Of a stretch of DNA of 64,000 nt, positions 60,701 through 64,000 are shown piece by piece. The DNA is from Anthoceros angustus (taxonomy: Eukaryota; Plantae; Anthocerotophyta): positions 186,001 to 250,000 of the forward strand of contig VJWM01000186.1 of the NCBI GenBank assembly GCA_010909165.1, given 5' to 3'. Both the position numbers and the translations under genes were made by a program. Under the pieces are notes generated by a model. The model was not told the origin of the DNA, searched no databases, and saw only the letters and a list, made by a program, of their open reading frames with translations. Positions within the stretch are counted from its first letter, which is position 1. The number at the start of each line of letters is the position of its first letter.

Positions 60701-63700
60701 ACCGCCTTCTCAGCGCCCAGAAATTGACCTCCACGTTTTCCATCCAAGACTCTAAAAAACCGCCGAACCAGGAACTCGTATGAGGTAACTCCCTTCGGAG
60801 TAACTTTGCTCAGCGAACAAAGACACCTACAAGATTGCTCTCCAATGAGATCCCTCACCTGCCTTAGATGAAGGACTCCCAAACAAACTGCAATTATAAA
60901 TACAACACAAATCTCTTTGATCCAAATCATGTCTCATTTACAACAGGTTCAGAGGAGGCAAGGTTATGGACTTCATGGAAACGTACTTGATGCTGGCATG
61001 TATAACAGTCTGAAAAGAGTAGCGCTGAATAAGTTGCCTTAAATCCTTGGAAAGCTCTTCCACGAAGGTTTGAGGAGGTCTTCGCAACATTGGAAGTACT
61101 GCATCTACTACAAAAACAATACTCTGGAGCAATTGTGCTACTTCCCGATTATCCACCTGCCAGAAGATAATGTCACTTCCTGAGACCTTAGCTAAAGCTG
61201 CCATGTCAGTGAAACTTAGAAGATAAGCGCAAGCACCTGCGTCTTTAGATAAGGCTGCAATGTGACGGCAAAACAAGCTGGGTCAGAGGCCGGGGCACAT
61301 AGCGTTGGATCAACCATGCAGAAAGCGTGCAGCGCTGAAACATAGGGCAAAGCACGAATCTCAGGTTCTTCTGTGGACGCCTCCTCAGCCTGTGGACATG
61401 CCACCAGATATGATATAATCCATGGATTAAGTTTAGTGAATCTGCTAGGCTGTGCACCATCCAAATCAAGGCTATGTGAGGCTGCTGAATTTCAATGGAT
61501 GGCAACTCAGTTATCCCCAATTGTACCTTTAGGATGCTCTCCAGTAAACACCTGCACATAAGTTCACATCTGCCCCTGATGGCAGCTTGACTGACTGCCA
61601 GTGTAGCCGCAGTTTTAGCAGCTTGTGGGGCAAAATCAAGAGATAGACTCCGTTTTATGATTGTGACTATTGGCTGGTTCGTTGGCAGGCTTTTCAGTAC
61701 ATCAACTAACTGCTGAGTAGATGTAGCAATCTCAATTGGAACAGCGCTTCCATCCGCACCCTGGTAAGAGTGATGCCCTACATGCTCTTCAAACCACAAC
61801 TCGTAAAAAGTCCTGCCCACAAGATCCTGAGATCAAGAGCCAACCACATAACTGTTCAGCCTTGAAAAAAACTATCATGGAAATAGCAATATAATCCCTC
61901 CCTCTAACATGTCAGCATAATGCTGAACAGAGTGCTTGTGAGCGTCTGCACACCTGAATAGTGCTCTCCTCATCATTGATGCGAGAAATGATTTTCACAC
62001 AAGCGTCTGTTGATTTTGTGAACCCTACATTTGCTACACAGACATCCCGAATGATCTTTATAACCCTTTTCCGCACACTTACGCCTGTGTCCATTATACG
62101 CTCTGCTAATTTTTCGAAGTACTGCCAAAAACCGGTGCACGATGTATAGTCAACACACAGATACCAGCAGCAAAGATTGACAGCAGTCCACAACTGGAAG
62201 ACTGATGCTGACTAGCTTAGACACGTACACTTAACACTTGTCGAGAGCAAAAGCACATGTAGCTACACACAAATATACTAGCATAGCATAGCTACAGACC
62301 AGCACAGAGTTGCACATACATTTCCATACCTTTTCAGCAACATGAGGAAGCCGAACAATGTGCCGACCTACAAGTTCCATGGCTGCCTCACGGACTGAAA
62401 TTGCTGAATCTAAGAATCTACCTTCTACTGCGAGCCGCACTCGTTCATCACCTAGCACGCCAGGGTCGACTTCGACCAGGGCACTCACCTAAAGGAAATT
62501 ACAAGCCAGCATAACAAATCACTCAGGAGTTGCACAAAAGATCTGCACACACGAACTCCAGTCCTGCGTCAAGATAACACTGCTGGTTTTCACCAATATC
62601 ACCAAGTCACAAAGTTCAAAGATGCGCTCAATGCAAGAACCCTGAATGCAGAGCGTGAGAGCACACACCGCTCGAAGGGCTTTGGCCCTAGGGCCTGATG
62701 AGTTTTCCTGCAGGCTAGCCTGCATATCGAGAACTCACGGTTAAGACTGGCTAACTTGTGCCGGCTTCAGAGCGTTCTCAGCCTAACACCACTACTGGTT
62801 TGCATAAATCTGCATGTCCCCTTACAAAGTAAACCTAACAGTGCATAGAAATTATTTGGAACAGCAAATGTGCAAATGAGGGATCAGAAGACATACCAGC
62901 AACCTTTCAAGTATCCGATCATATCCTTTTGCGAGAGGCCTTTGCTGCCCTAGAACAGCCGAAAGCCGAGTAATCACATCCCTGGAAAGAGGAGCAGGTG
63001 CCACTCCAAACTCCTGACCTGGTGGCCTAGAACTGAGTCTTCTGAGATGGTAGTCAAGGGTTTCCAACCCCTGTGCTTCATCATCACGGTACCATTGACA
63101 CAAGTAGAACCTGAAAGAGAAGGTACAGTTCAGTGTTCATCTCTTGAAGTCTTGTAATAGAATTCTTGAAATGCTATGCAAGTTACCCTTCTATAGTAAA
63201 TACCGACCTGCGAGCAAAAGATGCCACAATATCACTCTCACCAGCCTCTTGCAAGTAGTTTAACACTAATTGCTGAATAATAGCCATCCCTTCTACGGAA
63301 AACCTGCCAACTACGTCCCTTTGCTCGTCAACACCCTCTACAGACTTCCCACCAACATCATGCTTCAGTTTAAAGGAACTCGTACGTGCAGCAGCACCTG
63401 AATTGCTTCCATTCCTAAAGCATACGAGTTGTTTCTTACACAGGCAGCAACAGCAAAGCCAACCACGGCCTAGCAAATCATGTCCGCCCAACCCAATACA
63501 ATCTCCATGAAAGATTCTTGTGCATTCTGCACATGACACGACAATCTTCACTCCTTTTTTTGTGCCACGACAGACTACACAACCCTGGTGTATAGAGGGG
63601 TTGTTACATATCTCCTCAGATTGCCCTGTTACTTTCTTGTCAAGAACTTCTGAAAAAATCCACAGAGTATCTTGACCACACGTGACTGCATCTTGCTTGA

Positions 63701-64000
63701 GGCGCGCAGCAATAAGACCAAACAGCTCAATGGCTGCTCCTCTAACATTTGCATCCTTCGACTTGAGGCCAGCGGATGAAAAAAGAAGAATGCAGAGAAT
63801 CTACACAGACAACGAGTTGGTCAGCAAGCCATATCTTTCCACAAGGTCCTGACATCTATTCTACTGGGACTAGTTAGGTGATTGCCTGGAGCATAAGGCT
63901 GGCCGCTGGAAACTCAGGGGAATTGAGGGAGGTCAGCAAGTCAACCACAATACTTTCTACAATTCCCTTCACATCAATACCATCCTGTGACCTGGGCGCT
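57798..64000 (-). CDS. SCC2: Cohesin loader SCC2 / Nipped-B-like (NIPBL), multi-exon, 5' part outside the window
   Basis: Plant-type PHD ([23 protein letters not shown]), [128 protein letters not shown]. Short GT-AG introns. Stop TAG at 57798-57800. Confidence 0.95.

Noticed and set aside
57798-64000. Plus-strand ORFs over SCC2 (e.g. 60103-60588), and antisense ORFs over the bromodomain gene
   Set aside because: These are antisense shadow ORFs of real exons, with no independent signals.

Overview
Eukaryotic, most likely streptophyte (plant or charophyte alga) genomic DNA; the lineage is inferred from gene and TE families, not established. Two apparently intact host chromatin genes flank a ~50-kb block of nested, decayed transposons. 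On the left is a 5-exon SANT+bromodomain gene (+, 3401-6896); on the right is the 3' part of SCC2/NIPBL (-, 57798 to beyond the window end). A decayed CRE-like RLE non-LTR element precedes the left gene. The TE block holds: a Tc1/mariner-type MITE; two related Athila/Tat-like Ty3/gypsy elements with large accessory ORFs; three Ty1/copia remnants, one with an inverted LTR arrangement and a half-tRNA-iMet PBS; a Sola-like DDE transposase; a tRNA-Asp relic; a further LTR element with a minisatellite-bearing LTR; and a Ty3/gypsy pol with a C5 DNA-methyltransferase C-terminal half directly upstream of RT and a PHD finger after integrase. Main leads: (1) the DNMT-RT-RH-IN-PHD retroelement; (2) a convergent pair of paralogous accessory ORFs together with a repeated CCTACnnnnGTAGG palindrome present in both ORF and LTR. 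Many ~0.3-1.5 kb tandem duplications with indel-rich copies (23-41, 46 and 54-56 kb) may be assembly artefacts, so copy numbers and frameshifts there are unreliable. All calls are by-eye motif recognition; no database searches were run.
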